Positions 29,001-42,148 of a stretch of DNA of 64,000 nucleotides are shown here, piece after piece. The notes under the pieces were generated by a model. It saw nothing but the letters and a program-made list of their open reading frames with translations, had not been told where the DNA came from and searched no databases. Each line of letters opens with the position of its first letter. The first letter of the stretch is position 1. Both the position numbers and the translations under genes were made by a program. The stretch is taken from NCBI GenBank assembly GCA_051362555.1, contig CM120641.1, positions 10,292,001 to 10,356,000 of the forward strand, written 5' to 3'. This DNA is from Lingula anatina. Lineage: Eukaryota; Animalia; Brachiopoda.

Positions 29001-32000
29001 CTGCTAAGAGTAAATTATGTGAGGCTGTCCATTGTTTGCAGGCATGAGAGGTCAGAACAGGGTCAAGTGGGTTTGATTGTCACCAAGTATTATTTTCAGT
29101 TATAACCTCAGTACTCCCATTCTAATGTAGAAAATATATGTGCTGTACGTCCCTCATCCTCACAACAGGGACAGTTGCGTTATTGCACATTCTCGGCTGG
29201 GTTTCTGCAAAGACATTGAAAGAAAATACAAATATCTTTTCAGGTGGTTTTTAATGAAATATAAAGTGTGCCTGCTGGATGCTTCTTTATATTGTCTTGT
29301 TTAAGGATTGGTCTTCATTGTTAAACATCTGCTTACCCTTGCTTTAGTATCTTCAATACTGTTGTACTTGGCGTAGGAGATCTATGGCACTAGTTTTCTC
29401 TGGGGGCATTCTTGAGGGACTTAATATAAGGATGATTTTGACAGCCTGCCATATTCCATAGTGGATGGATAATTATGGCTGACATGCAGTTATCATTTAG
29501 AACACAGAGTTATTTCACTGTTCAGAGATATTTACTGAAATCTTGGGTTTTCAGAAGTGGAGTTAAATAATAATTAAATATGGGTCAAATTGGAATGGTA
29601 GAAGAACAATAATCACAATAGCACTGACTGAGTAGCACCTTGTTTATTTTCTGTTCATGTAAATAATGTGCTTTATTCCTACTTACCTGTATGCATCCAT
29701 GTGCAACCTAGAAATTGAACATCTAAGGTGTAAACATGGCCTATGTAGCCGACTGTCTTTTATAAAAAATCTTGAAAGAGATTGATGAACTGCCTTTTTG
29801 TAAGATGATAATAAGGAATATGATATGTAAACCTTGCCTGGTTATCGCATTTTGCAATAGAGGAAGGAAGAGCTAACTTGCTTTATGCTACTCTGATCTC
29901 CATCTCGCTGTCTTTCAATTTGAAAAAAATGTAGCGTGCGATGAGGTGCTAATGGAAAATGTCATTTTCAATGTTGTATTAAGAAATAATGAATGAAAAT
30001 CCTGTTCAGAAATGCCAGATACATGCAACAGAATGTACTATGACAGGAAAACTATGTGCTGGGATGTAGCCATATTTTTATGACAGATATGAAAATGTAG
30101 TAAAAGTGATAGCTGATAAGTGTTGTTATATTTCATTCATATGAGAAAATAAAAGCAATTGCATGCCAAAAACAAGAAAACATAGATGAGCTAGAGGAAG
30201 TATAATGATAAACTTGGGTTGAAGCACAACCAGTAATAAATATATTCCTTTTGATTGTTATATCTATATATTGTGTTTCACATGTTGCATTTTAGGTTAC
30301 ATATGTGATAGTATAATTTTTTTGATTCAACAATGGTGAATCCTTAACATTTCAGGCCAAGAAACCCACACATTTAGTAGCTTCCACTTCACAGTAGAAC
30401 CCTCCAATATCATAGCATACAAGGGTTACCCAGCACTTTTAAACTGTTCAGCAGAAAACAGTGGGAATACACCGCGCACTCAGTGGATCAGGGATGGTGT
30501 ATATATGTCCTTAAATGGAGACTCAAGGAGGTAAAATAATTCCTTTTACAAAACCCAATAGTTTTTGTGAAAAACTAAAAAATTGAAAAATTTTCCCCGA
30601 AGTATATCATATATTATGAAAAAAAGAAAAAATCTTCAGTTGTGTGACTTGATGCTGTATTGATTCTTTGTACATAGGTGAAAGCCCCTTTGTGTCCTTT
30701 CTCTTTATTGTTCCAGTTTGAATAATAGATACACATATTGTCAAAAATATCAGTTAGATAATGCAATTAGATAGTAATTTCTCATTTTGTTTCATTTCAG
30801 ATATAAATTAAATAACGGGTCATTATATTTCTCGTCCATTGAGCACACGCGTTCATCACGACCAGATGAGGGTGTATATAAGTGTGTGGCCACAGTCATG
30901 GGCCTTGGAACACTAGTCAGTAGGGCAGCCAAGCTACAAGTAGGATGTAAGTATACTGGTGGAGTGCACAAACACACATACGGTTCGTAGATACAGAAAT
31001 GCATGCATGCGCCCGTGTGTGAGTAAGCACACACGCACGCATGCACAGAGAAAGAGAGAGAGATGTATAGGTTACAAAGGCCATTAAATTTGTCCTCCCA
31101 CAGCAGATGTTAGGGAGCATTAAGACCACTTCACCTTAATGTCAGGTATGACTACAGGCAGTGATAATAATCCACTTGGGATATAATGTCAGTTATTAAT
31201 GGGCTTGATTATCATATTCCACTTGCGTTAGATGAGATTGTTATCAAGGCAGTCATGAAATGGCTTGGGCATGAATTTAGCTTTGTAAGATCCATATCTT
31301 TATTTATAACATGCTGTAATTGGATGTAATGAGAGGAATAGAAAATTTGCTCTACTTGGAATTATGAGTCATTTGTTATAAATGGGAATTAATCTTTTGC
31401 AATTTTTTTTTAAATTTCAATGTATTAGTATAAGCAGCATGAACAGAACACCATTTACAAAACGCTAGGATAGATTATTATATATTATTGGATACAGATA
31501 TCTGACTGAAGATATTTTCAACTTCCCCACTCACTCTCTGTATTTGACACTATAATATTAAATATGCTATAATATTAAATATGCTTGAAAGATTTAAGAG
31601 ATATTTTCTTATTCTTAAAGGTTTTTTTTTCTTTACAATTGACTGAAATTTGCTTTTTTATGTTTTTCAGATTTTAACAGAGACTTTAAAGAGGAACCAA
31701 AAAATGTAAATGTGCATTTAGGAGACAATGCAGTGTTCACTTGTGCTGTAGACTCTATACCTAGAGCCAGTATTGTGTGGTTTAAAGGGAGTACAGAACT
31801 TTCAGATTCCCCTGGTGGGACATTAAGAATTTATCCAGATGGAATACTGGAAATTCAGGATGTCAAATTCTCAGACTTGGGACAATATCATTGTAAATCT
31901 GAGTACAGCGAGCCTGGGAGATCACGGCCGCAAGTGTCAACCAGTGCTGTTGCCAGCTTGACCCAGAATGCCGATACATGTAAGTTAGTTCTACCTCACT

Positions 32001-32533
32001 GCATCTTGTTCTATATGGCACAGAGTAATCATCCATGTAAAAGCTAGAATTCCAAAGAAGTGGTTTTTTTCTGTGTGACTGCATGCCGTGGGGGGTGGTG
32101 TCTTGTAACAATTTTTATTTCATCTCGTATCATAAAATTTTGAGCTTACTCGCTGTTGGACATTGTGTTACTGCTTTAAATAATGAGTGTGGGATGACCC
32201 AGGACTTGTATGGTTTTCAGTTTTTATTGTTTCATTGTCATGCTGGGAGGATAACCCGTGAGAGGTGTGCCTATAGGAAATGAAATTGGTTACATGGCGT
32301 GAGCTGAATCTCAGGCCACTAATAAATCCTCACCGTTGCTGTCACCTTTGATAATTTTCGATATGTTTTACTAGCTCTTGTCAGCTTTGGATACTAACAC
32401 TATTTATTAATGTAAGAATGGTGTGGCGAAACAACTAACAGAAGTTGCCGTGGAAGATTACTATGCAAGTAGTAATGGAAGTCTGCTGTCTTTATCTTAA
32501 AGCCATTGCAATTTGTTGGTAATTAGAAAAGAC

Positions 32534-32576
<43 letters not shown>

Positions 32577-34034
32577 CCAATGTTGTCCTTCCAAACAAAA
32601 TTTGAAACATTCTATAACTCCTTTAAGCAAAAAAAAGTTAAAATGTTGATCAGAATTGTTTAAATTGCAAACAGCATTATTTTCACTGTAACAACTTATA
32701 CTACAAGAAGAGATTGTGCATGAAACATTCCCACGTTGTCTTTTCAGCAACATACAAAGGTGTTTCTCCCAGGTTTATCATCACCCCAACAGACACCACT
32801 GTCCTAGAAGGCAGCACAGTGCACTTATACTGTGGAGCCAATGGCAGAGATTCTCAAGAAAACACACCACAAATTATGTGGCTCAAGTCTGGGACTACCA
32901 TTGATACAACGTAAATATATATTTGTATATATATATTTTTGTATATATATGTCCTTTTTTCACATTTGCTGCTTTAATTGTTGTATTTTTAAAATTATGA
33001 TATATGCATTGCTAATTTTATTTTCTGACATTTCCACAGAAAATTGATAGCACACATGTGTATAAGTAAAGGCAAAGTTTGTAAATGTTAAATAATGAGC
33101 TTGTTGATGTCTAAAACGCTGATAAGTTTGGTAAGCTTAGTTGTTATAAACTATTCAAGAAACCTTTCTAGGTGCTGAAGAAATGTTGATCCCTAGTTGG
33201 TGGCATATATTTCCCCCATATTGTATGACAGTGTCAGTTGCAAAACAATGAGTTACTTGTCCCGTATATCCTGTTTTGTTGGGAAATATCCCCATGAAAC
33301 TTGCTTTATCGGGGCAGGCTATTAATACATTTACTGTGACAGAGATGCCATCCTGCACTTGCATACTTTGATCTTTATCAGTCCATGAAAAAGTGCTAGG
33401 AGGACCATGTATGGGTTCTTTCTTTAGTTTTACTGATTTATTTGTTTTTAAATTTTTGGAGCAGAAGAAAAGGGAGCCACCATAAATTAGAAAGGTTTGA
33501 AAGAAACTCTGTAGACAATGTGAGCCATTCACAAGTGGCAAGGGTCTTCCCCTTATGTGGGGACACATTCCCACAATGGATGGTGCTGAGGAAAGTCTGA
33601 ACTGTTCCTCTTCTCTCCAGTCTGTCTTGTTAATTCAAGAGACCCTCTTGAGAATCTGTTGTGCGCCATTATGTCTGATGTACATTAAGTTGTAAAGCCA
33701 TCTTTGATGTTAAAAGGTTTCAGGTGTTGTACTTTCAGTGTCCCTGGGAGATGTGAGTGCAGGCCACGTGCAGTATGGGATTTGGATTTAAAAAATGCTT
33801 TTACATATAAAATAAACTTTACAGCCCAAGTCATGTTACATAAACGTAGTAGAGGTTTGTTTAGTGTTAACAGATGTTGGCACTTACAGGAGATACAAAT
33901 TTTTTGGCCTCATGTCAGAATTAGTTGAAGGATACACTTTTGGCAAGCAGGGTCCATGGGAGTATGTTGTAACTCTGGTCTCATGCCTTCCAGAAAGAAG
34001 ATTTTGTATGCAGTTCATTTCCTCAGTGTGGTTT

Positions 34035-34091
<57 letters not shown>

Positions 34092-37000
34092 ACAGCTTGA
34101 CCCAGGAAAGGATAAAGGAAATTCTGGTGGTTGTTAGTCAGTTTTTTTTTTTTTTTTTTTTTTTTTTCCTGTCACTGTATTATATTCCCCCTCTCATTGT
34201 TTGAACTTGCTTTGATTTATGATACTTGTTGACGATGATTTATGGGAATTGTATCTTATAACCATTCCATTTTGCTTTCCTATTACTACATATCTTGTGA
34301 TTATGATGTCATAAAATGGCGTACACTTTTTCAGTTCTCCCTTGTGCATGAAAATGATATAGGTTTATAATGAAAAGGCTCATTTAATAAAAAATAACAA
34401 TAACATTTTTCAGGAAACCAGAAAATGCCCGGTTCTCAGTTGTTGGGCTAGGTTCCCTTAGAATCGAAAGTGTTACAGAGGCTGATGCGGGGTTATATAC
34501 TTGTCGTGCTGAAAACAACGAAGATTCCATCGATGCTACCGCAACCCTTGTTGTCCAAGGTATTGCATGTGCCAATTGGAATAATTCTTAAAATTCAGTT
34601 CACCTTTTGCTGACATACTATAAATGTTTGAAACGTGGTTTAGGTATTAAAATTTTTATGTAATATATACATAAAAAAAAACATAAATATAAATATCAAA
34701 AATTTAGTGAAAAAGTAAGTTCACCATTGCCAACACTGTTCAATGCTAAGTGAAGAGGAGGTAATGACATTTTAGATTGCATGTGAATTACAGCTTAAAG
34801 TGTTGCCTTTTACACAGAACAAATTGGTTGAATGCTTCTGCTCTCAGCTGTACTGAAGCAGATAAAAACATTTTCGGTCCACTGACTGCTCTTAAACTTC
34901 ATGCAGTCATTGTTGCTAACGATGGTCCTTGTTCATTAGCTCAATATAAATATCTACTCTGCAGGTCACTGAGCACCTGAGTGCAATCAACACAGACTTG
35001 GATTGAGAAAAACAAATGCAGACAAGGCTAAGGAGATTCATTAATTTCTTGTCATGTTTCAGTGGCACCAAGATTTGTCAAAGAGCCGGAGAGTTTCTAT
35101 GCACACGTGAATGCAGATGTACAGTTCGACTGCGAAATCTATGGTAACCCCACCCCCAAGATTACATGGATGAAAAACGGAGACATTGTCATCCCGAGTG
35201 ATTACTTCCAAATTATAGATGGAAAGCACCTACGGATCCTCGGTCTGGTGATTTCAGACGATGGACTTTACCAGTGCTTTGGGGAAAACGCTGTAGGCAA
35301 TGTGCAAGCCAGTGCCCAGTTGGTGGTTCTCCAGCCAGGTTAGTATAATAACTTAATAGCATCACTGAAGTGTGGAGTTCCTAGAGAATTCATCATCAAT
35401 ATATGTGGTGATGGTTAGGTGCTGGGGGAGTGGTAGATTTAGGTGAGCTTATTGGTTTGTAATTGGATTTCATATAGAGGTTCCTAATTAATCCTAGTTG
35501 AGATCATCCATCCTCCTGTAGAGATGAAGATATTGGTTTAGCACTCAATATCTCAGTGAAGATATTTCTGAGTTGTTACAATTCGCTTTTAGTAGTGCAA
35601 GAGAAGAAATGTCTTGGGATTTTTCTAGACCAGTTTCTCACCATGCTTTGTTAAGTTATCGATCTGTAAGTGAGTTGAATTACGTTTCAGGTTTGTTGGT
35701 TTTTGCTTTTATTTCTTCATGTCTTGGCTGAAGGCTTTGCCGATGTTAATGTTTTATTAATGACTGTTGAATGAGGTCTGTTTTGAATTGACTTTAATTG
35801 ACTGAGCGTTCTACCCTGGTGGGTGCCTATGTGTCTGTAAATTTGCACTCTGTTAAACCTTGTTTTTACAAGTGTTTTATTTATATACCTTTCAGTTCAA
35901 AATTTGAACCTGTGTCTTAGCCACACCTCGTGTAAACAGATGAATGCTGCATTGCTAACTAGACCTAGCTAATAGAACTCAAATTCTTTTAGGAAGCTAC
36001 GTTCACTAATATAGTGTGTCAGCAACACCATATGGTTAACAGTGCTGCCGATCTATAATGGCACTGCTGCCTGTGGAGAAAAACTAGTTTGTCTTTCTTG
36101 TAATTTAGTTCTGATTAGTTGCTGCCATCTCATACATAAGACTTGGCTTTAGGAGTACAGCAGCAAAAAATCTTGCTAGTATATATATTCGGAATATACA
36201 TATACACACATTCCGAATCTAACTACAGACACATTATTTTACCATTTAATGAGTTTTTATTTATATTCCTTTTTTTATTCATCAACTTAGGAATCTTCTT
36301 CCATACAGAATTGTTATATTTATTTCAAGAAAATGTTCTCACTTGTTCAAATAATTTGGTGGTAATGAGGGGTTGGAATACATCTGAGTGACTAAAGAGT
36401 ACAGGGGTGTCTTGATGGATGGTGACACCTAGAGTCTAGATTAATTATGAGCAGCAAAAAAATGGGCATCAATTGCTGCATTATTTTGACCAAAAATAAA
36501 AGAACTCTAGGTTTTGTTTTTCATTGCCAATCCATCTAGAGACCAAAACTCTACCTACCCACTTACCTATCTATCTACCTACCTACGAACCTACCTTCTT
36601 TGCTATACCAACCAATCTTTATTTATGTGTCTTACCCACCTACTAGATATCCCCTACATCCAGCACATTTTGCAGCATTTCCTGGTGATACAGTGGGGCT
36701 GATGTGCATGGTGGTTATTGTTACTTTGCATGTGTAGTTTGCATGTTGTATAGTATAACACATAGAGTAGATCTGACAAATTGGAATTGATCATCTGAAT
36801 AATATGTGTGGAAAAGTGAAGATATATGGCGGTGTTTGGTATACTGAATCATGATGAAAACCTATCCATTAAAAGAAAGGGTTAATTGGGTGTTGTGCTG
36901 TTAAGGAATGCTCATGCTAATAGGTACTTAATTCTTGAATTATAGACAAGAAATATCTATGACATTTTTTAAACCTCTCTAGAATGAAACTACGATGCCT

Positions 37001-40000
37001 TATCCTAAATTCAACAATAAAGTATATCATGCTATGAAATTGAAGCTTACAAATTGTATTATTTTTATGAGATACAGGGACAATTGTTTAGTTAGAACAA
37101 ATAGACCACAAAATCTATGGGGTGTGTATTTTGCATTACCAGAATTCCCAGTGCAGTTCATTATCCATTTATGTAATGATGATTATTGGAAAATGCTATA
37201 TATTTATAACACATTTGTGAGTGTTTTTATAAAACTCAAACATTTTTCTTGAAAGTGATTCATTGAGAGATATTCTGATGAAGTTGGTGCACAGATTTCT
37301 GCTAAGAAAAAGGGGGCAATAGGGGTGAGGGAGGGAGGCCATACTAATTCCCTTTTATGTTTCACAATATTACCTTTTGATTTGGTTCAGTGCATGTTTG
37401 TGATGGTAATTATTTTTTCATGCATAACTGATTTTGTGATTCAAGAAAATATGTGCCAATTGTGAAAAAAATTATTGTAGGGAGTGTGACTCCCAAAATG
37501 TCTCCTTTTCTTATTTTTTTAAATATATATAAAAAAATGTACAAGTACAAAACTTTCAGTGAAAAAATATGTTAAGCTCCTGTGAAAAATTCATAGAAAG
37601 CTACATTCTGTGTAATTTAGACAAAATTGATCATGATGCTTAGCAAAATGCTACTCTTCAAATTTGATTCACAATTGGTACTAAATGGTGGAGGTGCTGA
37701 CATTTTACTATGATCACCATTTATTTTTCACATGAAGGTTATCTGTCTGTGCAAGCCTGCATGTTAGCACTTATTTTTTGTTTTGATTTATTCCAGTATA
37801 CCTTGTAGAATTGTTGTTGTAATAACTGAATGTGATATACATATCATCATATCCTGCATCCTTTCTATCTTTAGTTTCAGCATATATATATTTATTCACG
37901 CAAATAGTATCAGTGCCTGGCATGTGATATGTGTTTTTGTCATGCTGTTGTACCGTGGCTTTCCGTATATTTAGTTTTGGTGACATTCTTCTTTTTCTGC
38001 CCGACTCCAGATGTCCCCATCCCTACTCCATCCCCCCACACCACACAACCCACGCCTCCTGCAGGTAGCGACCAGCCAGTCGCGCAGGGGCAGCCCCCCT
38101 CAGCCCCCAGGGAGCTCAAGGCCGTCATGGTGGGCATTCGCTTCATTACATTGAAGTGGAAAGAACCTCAGGAGACTGGAGAGGGACCAATATATTATGC
38201 CGTCTATTGGAAAGCCCAAGGATCTGATAGGTAAGATCATTGTTGCTTTTAAAGTATAAAGTGTAAGGTTTCAATTTATATGAGAAAATAACAGTTTCAA
38301 AAGTAAGTATTACAGTACTTTTGAAACTGCTCCAGGATAATATGTATGGTATAATGGTAAGTTCATTGACCCTATGTACACAAACGTTAAAAATTATCAT
38401 CAGGGATGTTACAAGATTTGAGAACTAAGCTGACATACATGGATATGAGTAATGTTTGGTAAGTCGGTGTTTGCTGGGTCTAAAAAACAACTTCTTAATA
38501 TTGAATGTATTTGTATGTTGCAGAGAGAGAGTCATGAATACTACCTCCACTGATGCTAACGTCCAGCTTCTGAAGCCTGCCACCAGGTACACCTTCCGTG
38601 TGTTAGCAGCCAACAGCCATGGCTCGGGAGATGCACAAACATTACAGCTCACCACCCAGCCTGAAGGTCAGTACTGGGATATGGCTGAGATATGAATTTT
38701 GGTGTCATATATAGTGAAAGATACAGAAAAAATAATAATTTCTATCTGTTAGTGGACTGGTAGATTACCAGTCACCTGAGAAATGCTGTACTTAGCTTCC
38801 AGAAAACTGTTGAGTAGATACTTTCAATTTTGATTTTGTAGAATTCACCATTGGAATTCATTCAATAAATCACCCTGCACTTTTCTCTTCTCCAGTGCAT
38901 GTTCCAACTCAAGTACGAGACCTCACAGCAATGGCGCTCTCTACAAGAGAACTCCAGATCACATGGTCACCGCCCAATAAGACCAATGGGAACATCCGAG
39001 AGTACAAGATCCACTACTATAAGGCAATGGATACCCACGAGATGGCTGTGGTAGTTCCTGGTAGTACCACCTCATACACTCTCGCTAACCTGCGTCCCTA
39101 CACAGAGTGTTTCTTCAGGGTTGTGGCATTTAACCAGAATGGTCCTGGGATGAGCACTGATGAGGTGTCAGCAAGGACTTTCTCTGCAGGTACACTGGAA
39201 TAGTTGTATCAGATATAATATACTGCCTGGAATGGAAAAATATTGTCCACTTGTTATGTATTTATGTTTGTGTGGATATGACCACCAGTTTTTACAATTT
39301 GTGGATTGTATAGAGAATTGACATCTTACTAAATGTTGTTTCTGTACATGTGTAAAAGTTTATCAGTATGGTTCTGCTTTATCTTATTTACAAATTGATT
39401 CTTCTCTAATATAATCATTTAATGATAATATAATATATTATTAATATAATATATAATCATTTTCCATATTTAAAAGTATGCTGTTAAATTTTGTTGTTTG
39501 AAACTACATAAGGTTGTTGAGGATGCATTAACATATTATTCTTTGGCTACAGCACCATCAGGCCCACCACAAAATGTTACAGTGGAACCAAGCACATCAA
39601 ATGTAAGTACGCAGTTAAAAGAAAAAAGTATATCTAAGATTTCAGCATTCTTCATTTGTGTATTAATTTCATATTTTACATTAGGTCTACCAGTAGTATA
39701 AGTTAATGAGTTTTGGTTAAAGGTATTTCCAGTCTAAGTTCAACTAAGAGATGCAAAGTAAAGTTTGATTTTCTGAGTGTATTATAAATTCACCATTACA
39801 GAAATACCATGGCATACCTTGATGCAGAAGTACATTACATTAATAACATAAATGTCTTATTGTTCCAGAGCATCCTGATACAGTGGGAGCCCCCTTACAG
39901 TGATGAACGCAATGGGCTGATCACAGGCTACAAGATTAAGTATCGCCAACGAGGCCAGTCTGGCAAGGCACACACCATTATGACAGATGGTGACAGACGG

Positions 40001-42103
40001 CTTTATTCTGTAACAGGTAATTTTTTTTTTAAATAAAATTTGATGTTTTGAATTAAACCCTGTTGCAGATCAAAGGTTCTTTACTTAATCCAACTAGCTG
40101 ATGCATCTAGCCCATAAACATTCATACTGTGTTGAAACCAGCATTACATATATATAGTTGATACAAGTTCTGGTAAAATATAAATTGGGTAACTGTGTAG
40201 CTCAATTATGTTTTTCCTGTCATTTCAGGTTTGGCCCGTGATACCACATACAGCATCAGAGTGGCAGCTGTAAACACCAATGGAACAGGTCCACACACAC
40301 CATGGACTTCAGTTAAAACCTATGAATCTGACTTAGACGGTGAGTAAACCACAAAGAATAAGAAGAATTATTATTACGCAAGACTTGGGTAAATGCAGAT
40401 GATTGATTTGAATTCAATTTATTAAAGAAAACAAAATTATTTGACACACCAAAGCACAAAGGCTGGTGTAAAGTTCATTATTTTACATGTTTTGTCCTCA
40501 GAATCTCGTGAACCTGGTATACCCAGTTCCCTGACCGTGCGGCCCTTCACAGACAGAATGGTCGTCCACTGGACCCCTCCTGTGCAGGACAATGTGATGA
40601 TCCGAGGTTATAGGATTGGCTATGGCGTCGGAGTACCCGATGTCTACCAGGTCGATGTGTCTGCTAATGAAAGACTGTACACCATCAAAAATCTCAGTAA
40701 GTTTGTGCCATGAATGTAAAGAAGGCAGGTATACTATTGTTAGACAATTCTAGGCTGCATTTGTGTTAGCTTGAGGATTTTCAAGATGTTTTTATTCTGG
40801 TACTAATGACTTAGCATTATAAAATTATATCTGACAGCAGAGTCAAAATAAAATGAACTGAACAACATGTTTTGTTTCAGTCAGTCAAAACATTTCCTTG
40901 GTGGTTGTTTGTTTTAAAGCTGAAGTCAAATGAAAAAAAAGTCATCTTTTTGTATTTTCTTTCAGGACCATCATCTGAGTATGTTGTAAGTTTGAGGGCC
41001 TTCAACCACAAAGGAGTAGGAAGAGAAAGACTGCAGACTGGAACTACAAGAGATGAGTCAAGTGAGTAGACAATCAACAAATTAGCTCTCAATAGTTTCA
41101 TCTAAATGCTTAAGTCAATGAAAACAAGTTCCATCCAAATTCTTAAGGAAATATAAAGAGTTTTTTTTTTTTTTTATTCAAAATTGGTTAAAAAGGGGAA
41201 TTGTAAAAATCCGAAATGAGACTTTGACACATTGGATTTATGAACAAATTCAGGGCACTCCTTGACAAGGTTTCATCTCTTTTAACAATTATCAAATGAC
41301 AAAATAACTTGTATCTCCAGGTGCAGAAAACACCACACCAATGATCCCTCCAGTTGGTGTGAAGGTCACCATCATCTCATCATCCTCTGTCATGGTAACA
41401 TGGACAGACACCACCTTGGGTGGGAACCAGAGAACTAGTGACCATCGCTATTACACCATCAAATACATACCAGCCACTGGTAGTAACAGGAGGGAAAAGT
41501 ATGTCAACTCCACGGAGCTGAACAAGAAGATTGAAGATCTGAAGCCGGCCACAATGTACGAGTTTGCCGTGAAGGTGATCAATGCAAGAAGACAGAGTCA
41601 CTGGAGTTTGACTGTGGTGAACACTACAAAGGAAGCAGGTAAGGATAATTGTCTCTTGGCTTCACCTAAGTCACTGGTATATGATAAAGATTTATAAGGA
41701 AAATGAGTCTTCTTCAAATATTCTCAGGTTTCTCAGTGAAAGCTTTTAATTAGTTTGACTGTAAATAGTTGTTTATCAAATGGGGAAAGTGTTGTTTATT
41801 ACCTGGAAATTCTCTTCTCCTTGCCAGCTCCAGCCACTGCCCCACGTGACCTCACTCCAGTGCCACTTCCAGTCAGTAAGAAAGGACCCACATGTAATAT
41901 TATGTTGAACTGGCAGCCTCCCAAGATACCCAATGGGAAGATCACAGGTACTGGGGTCAACAAAGACAATTCTAGGCTGCTGTTATCATTATAATGGCTT
42001 GTTTACATAAATAATTTGTTTGAAATAAGATAACATTTTCATTATAAGATAATGATACGTCTTAAACATAGATAAACTGTAGAATTATTTTTAAACAATC
42101 CTA

Positions 42104-42148
<45 letters not shown>

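Noticed and set aside
33155-33574. 139-aa minus-strand ORF in neogenin intron 5
   Set aside because: No recognisable domain, no supporting splice structure and a non-ATG start; compatible with chance.
33864-34204. Poly-Phe ORFs
   Set aside because: Caused by poly(T) tracts; no retrocopy body or TSD could be identified next to them.
35896-35931. Possible 36-nt in-frame microexon between Ig4 and FN3-1 ([12 protein letters not shown])
   Set aside because: Phase-compatible, but the donor (T|GTAAAC) is weak and the peptide adds an unpaired Cys; cannot be supported without RNA data.
37940-41601. Minus-strand ORFs overlapping neogenin exons
   Set aside because: Antisense shadows of GC-richer coding exons with no independent coding signal.
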